Of a stretch of DNA of 64,000 bases, positions 20,935 to 31,274 are shown piece by piece (within the stretch, counting starts at the first letter, position 1; every line of letters begins with the position of its first letter). The position numbers and the translations under genes are program-made. Below the pieces are notes generated by a model that searched no databases, had not been told where the DNA came from, and was given only the letters and a program-made list of their open reading frames with translations. The stretch is from Obrimoposthia wandeli (lineage: Eukaryota): positions 310,001-374,000 of the forward strand of contig CDROCS010002866.1 of NCBI GenBank assembly GCA_977020255.1, written 5' to 3'.

Positions 20935-21735
20935 CTATTTGATCAATCTTGCAGCACTTACATCAGGGATGCTTAAAAATTCCGGCCAATGCATCCAGAC
21001 AGCAAATGCCTTACCAACCATCAATGAATCGGGAACAAATCCCCAATAACGGCTGTCGTTACTATTATCGCGATTATCACCCATGACAAAATACTTACCT
21101 ACAGGCACTGTCCACTCACCTTCTTTACCAATGCGTGAACCCGTGTTATAAATTTGGTGATCTACACCTGATAAGCTCTCATCCATAAGTGTATCGGGTG
21201 TTAAATTAGCAACAAATGTTTGCTCTTGTGCTACACCATTTACGTAAACAATTTTATCGTGATAGGCAATAATATCTCCAGGTAAACCAACGAGACGTTT
21301 AATATAGTTAACCGACGGGTCGTTTGGAAACTTAAAGACGACCACATCACCGCGCTGAGGATCATTTATAGCAACGATTTTGGTATTAATGACTGGTAAA
21401 CGCAGCCCATAACTAAATTTATTGACCAAGATAAAATCGCCAATTTTCAATGTCGGAATCATCGACCCTGAAGGTATCTGAAAAGGCTCTACGATAAAAG
21501 ATCTAAGTACTAATACAAAAGCAAGTACAGGAAACATTGAGCGCGATAAATCAGCCCATGTAGGTAAATTTTCAATCCCACGAATTTGCTCTTCACTCAA
21601 AGCCTGTGGAGCCGCTTTCACAGCTGCATCTAATCTATCTTGCCTATCCGCTGCAAACCAGATTTTATCTACGAACCAGCCTATACCTGCCACCAAAGTA
21701 AGTACAACCAACACTAAGGCAAAATCAAAATTCAT
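20935..21735 (-). CDS. lepB: Signal peptidase I
   Basis: EPFQIPSGSMIPTL, YIKRLVG, GDNRDNSNDSR. Confidence 0.97.
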   Translation of the reverse strand: MNFDFALVLVVLTLVAGIGWFVDKIWFAADRQDRLDAAVKAAPQALSEEQIRGIENLPTWADLSRSMFPVLAFVLVLRSFIVEPFQIPSGSMIPTLKIGDFILVNKFSYGLRLPVINTKIVAINDPQRGDVVVFKFPNDPSVNYIKRLVGLPGDIIAYHDKIVYVNGVAQEQTFVANLTPDTLMDESLSGVDHQIYNTGSRIGKEGEWTVPVGKYFVMGDNRDNSNDSRYWGFVPDSLMVGKAFAVWMHWPEFLSIPDVSAARLIK

Positions 21736-21826
21736 TTAATGTCCTTTCATTTTTTAATTAAAACTTATTTTTGAAACTTGATAAATCTATGCTTCAATAG
21801 CTATTTACGATTTAGATTAAACCTGA

Positions 21827-23626
21827 TCATCCATCAATTTTTAATACTGCTAGGAAAGCTGCTTGTGGTATTTCTACATTACCAACTTGCTTCATACGCT
21901 TTTTACCCGCTTTCTGCTTTTGTAACAATTTTTTCTTACGGCTCACATCGCCGCCATAGCATTTTGCGATAACGTTTTTACGTAATGCCTTAACGGTTGT
22001 TCTGGCGATAATTTTTCCACCTAACGCAGCTTGAATAGCCACATCAAACATTTGACGCGGAATAAGCTCTTTCATCTTATCGCACAACAAACGGCCCCGG
22101 TATTGTGAGTTCGATTTATGTAGAATTAAAGATAGTGCATCTACCTTTTCGCCGTTTATCAAAATATCCATTCGCACCAATTGTGCAGGATCGAAACGAA
22201 TAAAGTTATACTCCAAAGAGGCGTAACCACGGCTCACTGACTTCAAACGATCAAAGAAATCTAACACCACTTCAGCCATCGGTAATTCATAGCTAACTTG
22301 TACTTGATTACCCACGTATAAAATATGCTTTTGGATACCTCTTTTTTCCACACATAGCCCGATTACCTGACCTAAGTATTCTTGAGGAACTAAGATATTC
22401 GCTTTAACAACCGGCTCATTCATACCTTTTATACGGGCCGGATCTGGCAATTTAGAAGGACTATCGATTTGTACTACATCGCCGTTGTTTAATTCAATTT
22501 CGTAGATAACCGTTGGGGCAGTGGTGATTAAATCGAGATTGTACTCACGCTCTAAACGCTCTTGTATAATTTCCATGTGCAGCATGCCTAAAAAGCCGCA
22601 GCGAAAACCAAAACCAAGTGCATCTGAGCTTTCAGGCTCAAAGAACAAAGAGGCGTCATTGAGGCGTAACTTATCTAACGCTTCACGAAAGTCTTCATAA
22701 TCATCAGAGCTGGTCGGAAACAGTCCTGCGTACACTTGCGGCTGAACTTTTTTAAATCCATCTAATGATTTAGTATCTTTAGTTTTCAGGTGAGTAATAG
22801 TATCTCCCACAGGAGCACCGTGGATATCTTTAATCCCCGCAACAACGTAGCCTACTTCGCCTGCCTTTAAGCTATCAACAGATTTCCTTTTAGGGGTAAA
22901 AATACCAACAGAGTCGACCAAATAATTCTGACCTGTGGTTTTCATGTAAATTTTATCTTTCTTGCGAATAGTGCCATTTTTAACACGCACTAAAGAGACA
23001 ACACCTAAATATGAATCAAACCATGAGTCAATGATAAGTGCTTGCAGATCGCCATCAACATCACCTTCTGGCGCTGGGATTGTTTTAACTAATGCCTCAA
23101 GCACTTCTTCAATGCCTAAGCCACTTTTTGCTGAACAAAGCACAACATCCGTAGCGTCTATGCCAATGACTTCTTCTATTTCTTCTTGCACTTTTTCAGG
23201 ATCCGCTTGCGGCAAATCCATTTTATTTAGTATTGGCAGTACTTCTAGGCCTTGTTCTAGGGCTGTATAACAATTTGCAACAGATTGTGCTTCAACGCCT
23301 TGTGCAGCATCTACCACTAATAACGCACCTTCACAAGCAGCTAAAGAGCGTGACACTTCATATGAAAAATCTACGTGCCCTGGAGTGTCAATAAAGTTAA
23401 GCTGATAAACTTTCCCATCCTTTGCTGAATAGTCCAAAGTTACACTTTGTGCCTTAATGGTAATCCCTCGCTCACGTTCTATATCCATAGAATCAAGAAC
23501 TTGAGCGGCCATTTCACGACTAGACAACCCTCCACAATGTTGAATGAAGCGATCGGACAATGTTGATTTGCCATGATCTATATGAGCTATAATGGAAAAA
23601 TTTCGGATATGATCTAGGTTACTCAA
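21827..23626 (-). CDS. lepA: Elongation factor 4
   Basis: [32 protein letters not shown]. Confidence 0.98.
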   Translation of the reverse strand: MSNLDHIRNFSIIAHIDHGKSTLSDRFIQHCGGLSSREMAAQVLDSMDIERERGITIKAQSVTLDYSAKDGKVYQLNFIDTPGHVDFSYEVSRSLAACEGALLVVDAAQGVEAQSVANCYTALEQGLEVLPILNKMDLPQADPEKVQEEIEEVIGIDATDVVLCSAKSGLGIEEVLEALVKTIPAPEGDVDGDLQALIIDSWFDSYLGVVSLVRVKNGTIRKKDKIYMKTTGQNYLVDSVGIFTPKRKSVDSLKAGEVGYVVAGIKDIHGAPVGDTITHLKTKDTKSLDGFKKVQPQVYAGLFPTSSDDYEDFREALDKLRLNDASLFFEPESSDALGFGFRCGFLGMLHMEIIQERLEREYNLDLITTAPTVIYEIELNNGDVVQIDSPSKLPDPARIKGMNEPVVKANILVPQEYLGQVIGLCVEKRGIQKHILYVGNQVQVSYELPMAEVVLDFFDRLKSVSRGYASLEYNFIRFDPAQLVRMDILINGEKVDALSLILHKSNSQYRGRLLCDKMKELIPRQMFDVAIQAALGGKIIARTTVKALRKNVIAKCYGGDVSRKKKLLQKQKAGKKRMKQVGNVEIPQAAFLAVLKIDG

Positions 23627-23879
23627 AATGGCATCTCAAACTTAACAAAGGTTAATATATACAAAAGCGGGCTATTTTATCCTATTACACTGCACTGGGA
23701 TACCTGTTTAACTTAAATTAGCGTGGCTTTTCGTGAGCATCGATCGTTTATCAGCTTTATAAAAAACAAAACTCCGGCAACCGCCAGAGTTATATGAATA
23801 TTGCATTAATTAAACCCTGCAATGAAATCTGATAATAGCGATTTAAAGAAAGCACCTCAAAACCGTTTACCTATACTCA

Positions 23880-25331
23880 TTACGGGTTTAATTTAATCGG
23901 TATAAACAGAGGCGACCCTCTTCGCACTATCCTCATCGCTAACTGTTTGTCTTTAGGCGCCTCTTCCAATACTGTTAACAAATGAGACACTGATTGAATT
24001 TTAGTACCGTTCAACATAGTGATGATATCAGCTGGAATCAGCCCAGCTCTTGCCCCTACACCTTCTTTTATCTGTTTTACAAGTACACCGCTACTCAAGT
24101 TAAATTTTTCTTTCTGCTGTTGCGTAATATCCGCTAACATTACGTTCAGTGGGTTTTCTACAAAAGCATTACTTTTAGGAACACCATTATCTGCTACAAC
24201 CTTCTCTTCACCAGGCAATACACCAATAACCAAAGATAGCACTATTGTTTCTCCGCCTCTAACAACTAACATCTCGGCTTCGTTTCCAGGGGGAACAACA
24301 CCTACTTTATGCGGCAAGTCAGCCGAGAGATTAATGGCACTGCCCTCAAACTTAAGAATAATATCGCCTTCTTGTAAGCCGCCCTTTTGCGCGGGACTAT
24401 TCGGTAATACTTTAACTACTAATGCTCCTTCTGCTTTTTCCAAACCAAAAGATTCAGCCAAATCTTTACTTACCTCTTGAATAATAACACCCAACCAGCC
24501 ACGACTAACAAACCCTTTGACTCTTAGCTGATCTACAACGTTCATTGCAATATCAATAGGAATAGCAAAAGACAACCCCATAAAGCCGCCTGACCTTGTA
24601 TATATTTGTGAATTAATTCCGACCACTTCGCCAACTAAATTAAACAGAGGTCCTCCAGAGTTACCTGGGTTAATTGCAACATCTGTTTGGATAAAAGGTA
24701 CGTATGTTTCACTGCGCAAGGCGCGCCCGGTTGCACTAACAATACCTGCCGTCACTGAATGATCAAAGCCAAACGGAGATCCTATCGCCAAAACCCATTC
24801 ACCAGGCTCAAGTTTTGCCGAGCTTCCTATTTTTACAATAGGAAGCTCGGTTGCATCAATTTTAAGAAGCGCAATATCTGAACGCTTATCCGATCCAATA
24901 ATTTTTGCCTCTAACTCTCTTCTATCGTTTAATCTAACAATTACCTTTTCAGCATCTTTCACAACATGATGATTTGTTAAAATATAACCATCTTGACTGA
25001 TAATAAACCCTGATCCTAAAGATTCTGGCTTATCCTTACCCTCTGGTGATCCAGGACCATTAGGAGAAGGCAGGAACGGCTTAAATATATCAGGGATGTC
25101 TTCACCCTTTGGTCCTTTAAAACCGAATGCATTTAAGCTTTTCTTTTTCTTCTTCTTTATCGTTGCTATATTCACAACAGCAGGCGATGACTCTCTTACC
25201 AATGATTTAAAATCAGGTAGCTGTGCGTAACTAAAAGAGGACAATCCTGATAAAGACACAGCTAACAATAATAAAAGAGCTACTTTTAACATATTGTTAA
25301 AATAATGTTCGCTCATAACCTTACTAATCAT
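23880..25331 (-). CDS. mucD: DegP/DegQ-family periplasmic serine endoprotease (MucD-like)
   Basis: LTNHHV, SDIALL, NPGNSGG triad; two PDZ domains; position between rseC and lepA. Confidence 0.92.
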   Translation of the reverse strand: MISKVMSEHYFNNMLKVALLLLLAVSLSGLSSFSYAQLPDFKSLVRESSPAVVNIATIKKKKKKSLNAFGFKGPKGEDIPDIFKPFLPSPNGPGSPEGKDKPESLGSGFIISQDGYILTNHHVVKDAEKVIVRLNDRRELEAKIIGSDKRSDIALLKIDATELPIVKIGSSAKLEPGEWVLAIGSPFGFDHSVTAGIVSATGRALRSETYVPFIQTDVAINPGNSGGPLFNLVGEVVGINSQIYTRSGGFMGLSFAIPIDIAMNVVDQLRVKGFVSRGWLGVIIQEVSKDLAESFGLEKAEGALVVKVLPNSPAQKGGLQEGDIILKFEGSAINLSADLPHKVGVVPPGNEAEMLVVRGGETIVLSLVIGVLPGEEKVVADNGVPKSNAFVENPLNVMLADITQQQKEKFNLSSGVLVKQIKEGVGARAGLIPADIITMLNGTKIQSVSHLLTVLEEAPKDKQLAMRIVRRGSPLFIPIKLNP

Positions 25332-25393
25332 TTAACACCTTCCATAAAATAGTTATTTATACACATAAATATTCATTGCCCATCACGTTTCAA

Positions 25394-25831
25394 TTACTTA
25401 ATGACTTCCAAAATCTGCATTTGATAGCTAGAACGCTGCTCAAGCTTTTTACTGATAAACCGAACCAGATAAAAACTGCAGAACAAACCACAAAAGGCAG
25501 ATATAATTACCTGCCACTCTAAAGCATCCACACTAGTGGCAAAAAAAGCGACTACAAACATTACTACCAGAGGCAAAAAGTATAACAATAAAGAAGCCTT
25601 TAGAAAGCTGTTCTCGTTAATCCCAACAAGCACCGAATCACCCACTTGTAACGCTAGATCAAACGGCTTTGCTACTTCTATATTAACCATTTTTGAAGCC
25701 GCCCACTGCGCAATTGAGCTTTGGCCGCAATCACTTTTAGAAGCGCATTGCCCACAAGCAGAACTTCTCGTAGCCGATATTGTTACCTCATTATTAGATA
25801 CCGCAACAACTAGTGCTTTCTCTTCAATCAT
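25394..25831 (-). CDS. rseC: SoxR-reducing system / sigmaE regulator RseC (MucC)
   Basis: MIEE start, CGQCASKSDCG Cys motif, LLLYFLPL TM segment. Confidence 0.9.
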   Translation of the reverse strand: MIEEKALVVAVSNNEVTISATRSSACGQCASKSDCGQSSIAQWAASKMVNIEVAKPFDLALQVGDSVLVGINENSFLKASLLLYFLPLVVMFVVAFFATSVDALEWQVIISAFCGLFCSFYLVRFISKKLEQRSSYQMQILEVIK

Positions 25832-26202
25832 CTTTAATCATACTTCATAAATTTATTACGGAAAAATTCAGATTAGCTGTTATCTTGCGAAAAACAAGAT
25901 AACTTTAATATATAGGCGGGGTACTTATTTTTTGTAATGGATAACATTAAAACGGTGGATTTAATGAATAACTGTAAAGTAAATTTCTCAATAAACGCCA
26001 GTAACCATAAGCAGCCAAGCTTCAGCTAAAATCAAATATGACAGGCAAACTATTTTCAGCCACCTTACTCATCAATACCAATGTTTATCAGAGCTTCTAA
26101 ATCAAACATACAGGGGAATATATTTAATTTAAGAAACTCCAAAAAACAAACTGAAAACTGACTCATAATCACTTAGTTTTTAACTATAGATTGAATTTAC
26201 AG

Positions 26203-27045
26203 CTATTGAGCTTTCGCGGCGCCAATTGATGCCGCTATTTTTGCTGCCTGCTTTGATGAAACCTGCCCAACGACAGTAATAAACCGATCACCCGAGCGCA
26301 CTCCATAAGCTAACAAATCCTCTGTTCCTAATACACCTTGAGAAGCTACTTGCACTCCCAAAGGTTCTATATTCACGGATATTGTCGAATCACCTTTTTT
26401 ATAAAGCAATACTTCTGATTTAGCTGTTACTCTATGCTTTAGCTCTTGATAACCTTTTGGAAGCCAGTTTACTTGCCAGTTTGCTGCCTGACCATAAGTT
26501 AAGTCCCGATGCTTTTGTATATACTGTTCCATCCCATAAGCATTGCGAGTCATTTCTGATTGAACTGATTTAGCAGAGACAGTTGATAGCTCATTACCGA
26601 AACGACTCTTAGGTAAGTTACTATTTAAACTTGCACCTGCTAGCTCATTGCTAGGTTGAGCTATTGGGTCTACACCATACTGCTGAGCACCCAAGAGCAC
26701 TACCGCAGTCACTGAAGCAGCCATCGCCATACTTGCCAATGGTTTCCACCACTGAGTATCGTTTGGACGCTCTTCACTGCGTGCTTGTTTTGGCTCCTCA
26801 TTTACAACAGCAGAGCTATAACTAGGCTCCGATTCTAATGCTGCACTTACTCTAGAAACCAAGTCTATTTTTTGAGTTACTTGAACTTCTCGCCCTTGCA
26901 TAACATCTTGAGCTAAATGAAATCTAAGCCACTTATCTTTCAACTCTTGATCATTTGAAGTACGTTCAATAATTCTGCGCAGTTCAAACTCTTCAATTTC
27001 ACCATCCATCATAGCTGACATTGGCTCAAGTGATTTATCGTACAT
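26203..27045 (-). CDS. rseA: Anti-sigmaE factor RseA/MucA with an extra C-terminal RseB/MucB-C-like domain
   Basis: SAMMDGE...KWLRFHLAQDVMQG (RseA_N), TM WWKPLASMAMAASV, MEQYIQKH (RseA_C-like), then WQVNWLPKGY...LLY..G..TISVNIEP...ITVVGQV...AAKIAASI. Confidence 0.85.
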   Translation of the reverse strand: MYDKSLEPMSAMMDGEIEEFELRRIIERTSNDQELKDKWLRFHLAQDVMQGREVQVTQKIDLVSRVSAALESEPSYSSAVVNEEPKQARSEERPNDTQWWKPLASMAMAASVTAVVLLGAQQYGVDPIAQPSNELAGASLNSNLPKSRFGNELSTVSAKSVQSEMTRNAYGMEQYIQKHRDLTYGQAANWQVNWLPKGYQELKHRVTAKSEVLLYKKGDSTISVNIEPLGVQVASQGVLGTEDLLAYGVRSGDRFITVVGQVSSKQAAKIAASIGAAKAQ

Positions 27046-27292
27046 TATTCAGACACTCCTAACACAAATTCATTTTTATTCTTTAAGAAATTTCTACAAA
27101 CCTAATGCGCTTAATAACGTTTCACAAAAATTCGACTAGCTTAGTTCACCCTATAATAGCAAACCAAACAATATCAACTTTTGCACCTTACCTTAGCCGC
27201 GCTCAGCATCTTGCAGAGCATTACCTATTTAAAAACTCTTGCACAATTTTTGTGCCCAATCTATTTCTCTTTGAAATAACACTTCCTACCCT

Positions 27293-27877
27293 TTATTTTA
27301 GGAAAGGTGATACCTCTTTATCTATTGCTTCTCTAGCTCTAAATATCCTTGACCTAACCGTCCCTACAGGGCAGTCCATAATTATGGAGATATCTTCATA
27401 GCTCATATCTTCATATTCACGCAGAGTAAGTGCTACTCTTAAATCAACAGGCAACTGATCAAGTACCGTTTTTATCACTTGGTCAATCTCTTCCCTAATT
27501 AAGTTACTTTCAGGACTCCCTAGATCATGTAATTTGTTTTCGCCTTCAAAATATTGCGCATCGCTGACATCAACATCGACATCAGGTGGCCTTCTTCCTC
27601 TAGACACTAGATGATTTTTTGCAGTATTTATTGCGATCCTGTAAAGCCAAGTGTAAAAAGCACTATCACCTCTAAACCTAGGCAGCGCCCTGTATGCTTT
27701 AATAAAAGCTTCTTGTGATATATCTAACGCTTCATCTTGGTCGTATACATAACGGCCTATCAGGGCAATTATTTTGTGTTGATATTTAGCGACTAACAAA
27801 TCGAATGCTCGCTTATCGCCCTCCTGTACTCTTTTAACTAACTGCTTATCTATTTCAGCATTTTGCTCGCCAGACAC
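27293..27877 (-). CDS. rpoE: ECF sigma factor sigmaE (AlgU)
   Basis: FRGDSAFYTWLYRIAINTAKNHL, CPVGTVRSRIFRAREAID. Confidence 0.97.
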   Translation of the reverse strand: MSGEQNAEIDKQLVKRVQEGDKRAFDLLVAKYQHKIIALIGRYVYDQDEALDISQEAFIKAYRALPRFRGDSAFYTWLYRIAINTAKNHLVSRGRRPPDVDVDVSDAQYFEGENKLHDLGSPESNLIREEIDQVIKTVLDQLPVDLRVALTLREYEDMSYEDISIIMDCPVGTVRSRIFRAREAIDKEVSPFLK

Positions 27878-28121
27878 TAGAAACCCTTACTTTTTATGCT
27901 TTTACCATACTCAGCACTTAAAAATTAAAATCTGCAAACCTTGTACGCAGCTTAATTTTTTAGCATCTAAGTCACTCAAGACAATTTAAATTATCTTTGA
28001 TTACCCTGTATTGTTACTTATTTCTTTAGCGGTAATTTCAAACACATCACTTGCACTTTTAAAATTACCGACACATAGTAAATTTGTTATATTTCACAAG
28101 TCTATGTGCTATTCCTGTTAA

Positions 28122-28148
28122 TATGAGTGAAGGTTGATTAAATAGTTC
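28122..28148 (-). promoter_or_regulatory. Putative sigmaE-dependent autoregulatory promoter of rpoE
   Basis: Minus strand GAACTA-N16-TCATA resembles the GAACTT-N16-TCNNA consensus. Confidence 0.45.
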
Positions 28149-28278
28149 CAATTTTAATATTTTTTTTCATAAATTTAGCACTCAACCCGATAAACACCTA
28201 ATAACGACCTTAGACAATTTAAATCTATTGATAGTTACTATTAATAGTTATTAGCATTTTTTAAAGCACTCAATCTAA

Positions 28279-28332
28279 GGAACATGCGATTAAGCCCCTA
28301 AATCTTCTCTGTGGGACTTGATCGCATGTTCC
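28279..28332. repeat. 54-bp imperfect palindrome flanked by CTAA direct repeats
   Basis: GGAACATGCGAT-TAAG-CCC...GGG-A-CTTG-ATCGCATGTTCC; CTAA at 28275-28278 and 28333-28336. Confidence 0.6.
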
Positions 28333-28560
28333 CTAAGCAATCAACCTGAAATTATTCTAACTACAACATTAGATAGTAGTTTGTAATTTCGTTCCCCTAT
28401 ATTTGCATGAATAAAGAACCCGCTATTACAACGAATCATTTTCAATATTAAAAATACGTTAGCGGCTATTTACCACTAGCTTTTTAAACGCTAAAGTCGT
28501 TAAATCCGTGCATACTTTTCTAATTAAACATTACTCAGCATTTAAATTATTTAGGCCGCT

Positions 28561-30171
28561 ATGAAATCCCAGTTTGAATTTGATATCTTGATTATTGGCA
28601 GTGGCGCTGCCGGTTTGACTCTAGCTTTGAAATTAGCACCTTTTGCTAACATTGCCGTGCTTAGTAAAGGAGATCTAACTAGCGGCTCTACTTGGCTTGC
28701 TCAAGGAGGCGTTGCTGCTGTTGTCGATAAAACTGATGTCGCAGAAAACCATGCTGAAGACACATTAACTGCCGGTAGCTTTCTTTCGCATTTCGATGCA
28801 GTTAACTTAACTGTAGAACACGGACGTCAATCGATTGATTGGCTAATTGATCAAGGGGTACCTTTTAGTACTGAAAACGGTGAACTACATTTAACCAAGG
28901 AAGGCGGGCACAGCCATCGCCGTATCATCCACGCTGCGGATTCTACCGGCAAAGCAATTTTAAAAACGCTTATATCAAATGTAAAAAAAGAAGCTTCTGT
29001 TCAATTATTTGATCACAGCATGGCGATTGATTTAATCACGACAACTAAAATGGGCTTAGCTGGTGATAAATGCCTAGGCGCTTACGTACTTAATAGCAAA
29101 AGTGGCGAGATTAATGTTTTTAAAGCCAAACAAACCATCTTAGCCACAGGTGGAGCTTCAAAATCCTACCTATACACTAGCAATTCTGATGGCGCTAGTG
29201 GTGATGGAATTGCTATGGCTTGGCGCTCAGGCTGTAGAGTAGCAAATTTAGAATTCAACCAATTTCATCCAACTTGCCTTTATCACCCTCAAGCTAAATC
29301 TTTTTTAATTAGTGAAGCAGTACGCGGTGAAGGCGGAAAGCTACGCCTACCTGATGGTAGTCCATTTATGCATAAATTTGATCAAAGAGCTGAGCTTGCA
29401 CCTCGAGACATCGTAGCCAGAGCAATTGATCATGAAATGAAACGTCTAGGCGCCGATTGTTTATACCTTGATATTTCACATCGGGATGACGCGTTTATCA
29501 AAAACCACTTCCCCAATATTTATAAGCGCTGTAATGAGCTAGGAATAGACATTTGTAGCCAAGCAATTCCTATTGTTCCCGCTGCACATTACACTTGTGG
29601 TGGTGTTATGAGCGATATTAACGGTAATACTGACTTAAGTGGTTTATATGCAATAGGTGAAACGGCTTTCACAGGCTTGCACGGTGCTAATAGATTAGCT
29701 TCTAATTCCCTGTTAGAGTGCATTGTTTTTGCCTCTGCTTGCGCCAGTGATATCAAGACTAAACTTAGCGCTCCTGCCAATTTTATACACATTCCTTCTT
29801 GGGACGAATCTCAAGTAACAGACTCAGATGAAGATGTTATCATTGCTCACAACTGGGACGAATTACGCCGTTTTATGTGGGATTACGTCGGCATTGTACG
29901 GACGGACAAACGCTTACAAAGAGCGAAACATCGTTCTGATTTATTACAAGGAGAGATAGCAGAATATTATAGCAATTATAAAATAAGCAAAGATCTATTA
30001 GAATTACGTAATTTAGCCCTAGTAGCAGAACTCATCATAAAATCTGCAATGTTACGTAAAGAAAGCCGCGGATTACACTTTACCTTGGACTACCCCGACC
30101 TTTCACCACAGGCAAGAGACACCATTTTGACACCAATTAATTACCAGTGGCCGCAGCATAATATAAACTAG
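28561..30171 (+). CDS. nadB: L-aspartate oxidase
   Basis: IIGSGAAG, AQGGVAAV, EGGHSHRRIIH, QFHPT, GLHGANRLASNSLLE; divergent from rpoE. Confidence 0.97.
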   Translation: MKSQFEFDILIIGSGAAGLTLALKLAPFANIAVLSKGDLTSGSTWLAQGGVAAVVDKTDVAENHAEDTLTAGSFLSHFDAVNLTVEHGRQSIDWLIDQGVPFSTENGELHLTKEGGHSHRRIIHAADSTGKAILKTLISNVKKEASVQLFDHSMAIDLITTTKMGLAGDKCLGAYVLNSKSGEINVFKAKQTILATGGASKSYLYTSNSDGASGDGIAMAWRSGCRVANLEFNQFHPTCLYHPQAKSFLISEAVRGEGGKLRLPDGSPFMHKFDQRAELAPRDIVARAIDHEMKRLGADCLYLDISHRDDAFIKNHFPNIYKRCNELGIDICSQAIPIVPAAHYTCGGVMSDINGNTDLSGLYAIGETAFTGLHGANRLASNSLLECIVFASACASDIKTKLSAPANFIHIPSWDESQVTDSDEDVIIAHNWDELRRFMWDYVGIVRTDKRLQRAKHRSDLLQGEIAEYYSNYKISKDLLELRNLALVAELIIKSAMLRKESRGLHFTLDYPDLSPQARDTILTPINYQWPQHNIN

Positions 30172-30225
30172 CTGTATACTCTTTACCCTCAGTATCAAAG
30201 GTATTTAAAATCCACTATAGCAGAG

Positions 30226-30376
30226 CATTAGTGTCCGGTTTAATTTCTGTTGTTCTTTAACTCATTGATTTTACTTTAACAACAAATGTTATTTAGCTTA
30301 AAAAACCAATTACCTATGCTAGAAAACCACAAATCAATGAGCTAGAGAGCCTACACTTATTAACCCCACAGCAATG
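30226..30376 (+). mobile_element. MITE family A copy 1 (151 bp, CATT...AATG)
   Basis: Ends CATTAGTGTCCGGTTTAA / TTAACCCCACAGCAATG; similar along its length to 54513-54656; 9-bp flanks ATAGCAGAG / ATAGCAAAT (7/9). Confidence 0.8.
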
Positions 30377-30441
30377 ATAGCAAATTAGGGTCTCATCACG
30401 AACTATCCGCTGCCGTTAGATCCGTTACGATAGGAGCTATG

Positions 30442-31233
30442 TTATTTTATTACCGATGAATCCATTGTACGTAACGATAAGCTGATTGGGTAGTGATCAG
30501 AAGAGTGGATATCTGTATGTACCTGTGCACTAACTACCTCTAATCCACGATAGTAAATATGATCAAGATGCTTAAATAAATGGTTTAGCCTTGGCTGACG
30601 AATCAATTCTACTTCCTTTAACGAAAACGACATTGCAAGCTCATGAAAATACTTTAATCTTTTCCCATTCCATGTATTAAAGTCTCCCGCTAATAATAGT
30701 GGCCCATTATGATACTCTAGCGTTTGGAATACTTGATCTAGATGTGCTTTAAATTTTTCGAAAGAAACAAAATTAATAATGTGGGAATTTACAACGAGTA
30801 ATGATTGTTCATGAATATTTAATGGGTACACGGTTGCCAGTAACATTTTTTTTGTTCTTGTAATTGGTTCACTGTGGATTGATGCAGAGAAATGATGTTG
30901 TTTTGCCGCAACAGTCGAACCTGTTTTAACACCCGTTTCAATGTTGGTTTTTACATTTCTGAAGCTGCGCGCCATAATCCATTGGTGATGTAACGATTTT
31001 TCAAAATGGACGTCCAAGGGTGAGTTTAAAATGGCTTCCTGCAACAGAATTAAATCTTTGTCGCACATGAGTGTTGCAAAATCTTCGCGCCAACCATTTT
31101 TCCTGCATTTAAAAACATTCCACAGTAATACTTCAATGTTTGGTCCCATCAGCTGCTTCGAAGCGGTACCCATTATTGTTAGAGATTCAACGATACTAAA
31201 TCGATTCTTAATCATAAAAAGAAAATCCTTCAA
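30442..31233 (-). CDS. Endonuclease/exonuclease/phosphatase family protein (YafD-like)
   Basis: LLWNVFK, ILLQEA, LLAGDFNTW, LDHIYY, SSDHYP motifs. Confidence 0.88.
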   Translation of the reverse strand: MKDFLFMIKNRFSIVESLTIMGTASKQLMGPNIEVLLWNVFKCRKNGWREDFATLMCDKDLILLQEAILNSPLDVHFEKSLHHQWIMARSFRNVKTNIETGVKTGSTVAAKQHHFSASIHSEPITRTKKMLLATVYPLNIHEQSLLVVNSHIINFVSFEKFKAHLDQVFQTLEYHNGPLLLAGDFNTWNGKRLKYFHELAMSFSLKEVELIRQPRLNHLFKHLDHIYYRGLEVVSAQVHTDIHSSDHYPISLSLRTMDSSVIK

Positions 31234-31274
31234 TAAATATTTTGACAGTAAAGTACATTAATACACGCTCAGCA

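Noticed and set aside
30386-30446. GGGTCTCATCACGAACTATCC and GCTATGTT as IS1595-like ends bounding the EEP-cls pair
   Set aside because: No matching end or target duplication on the other side of cls.
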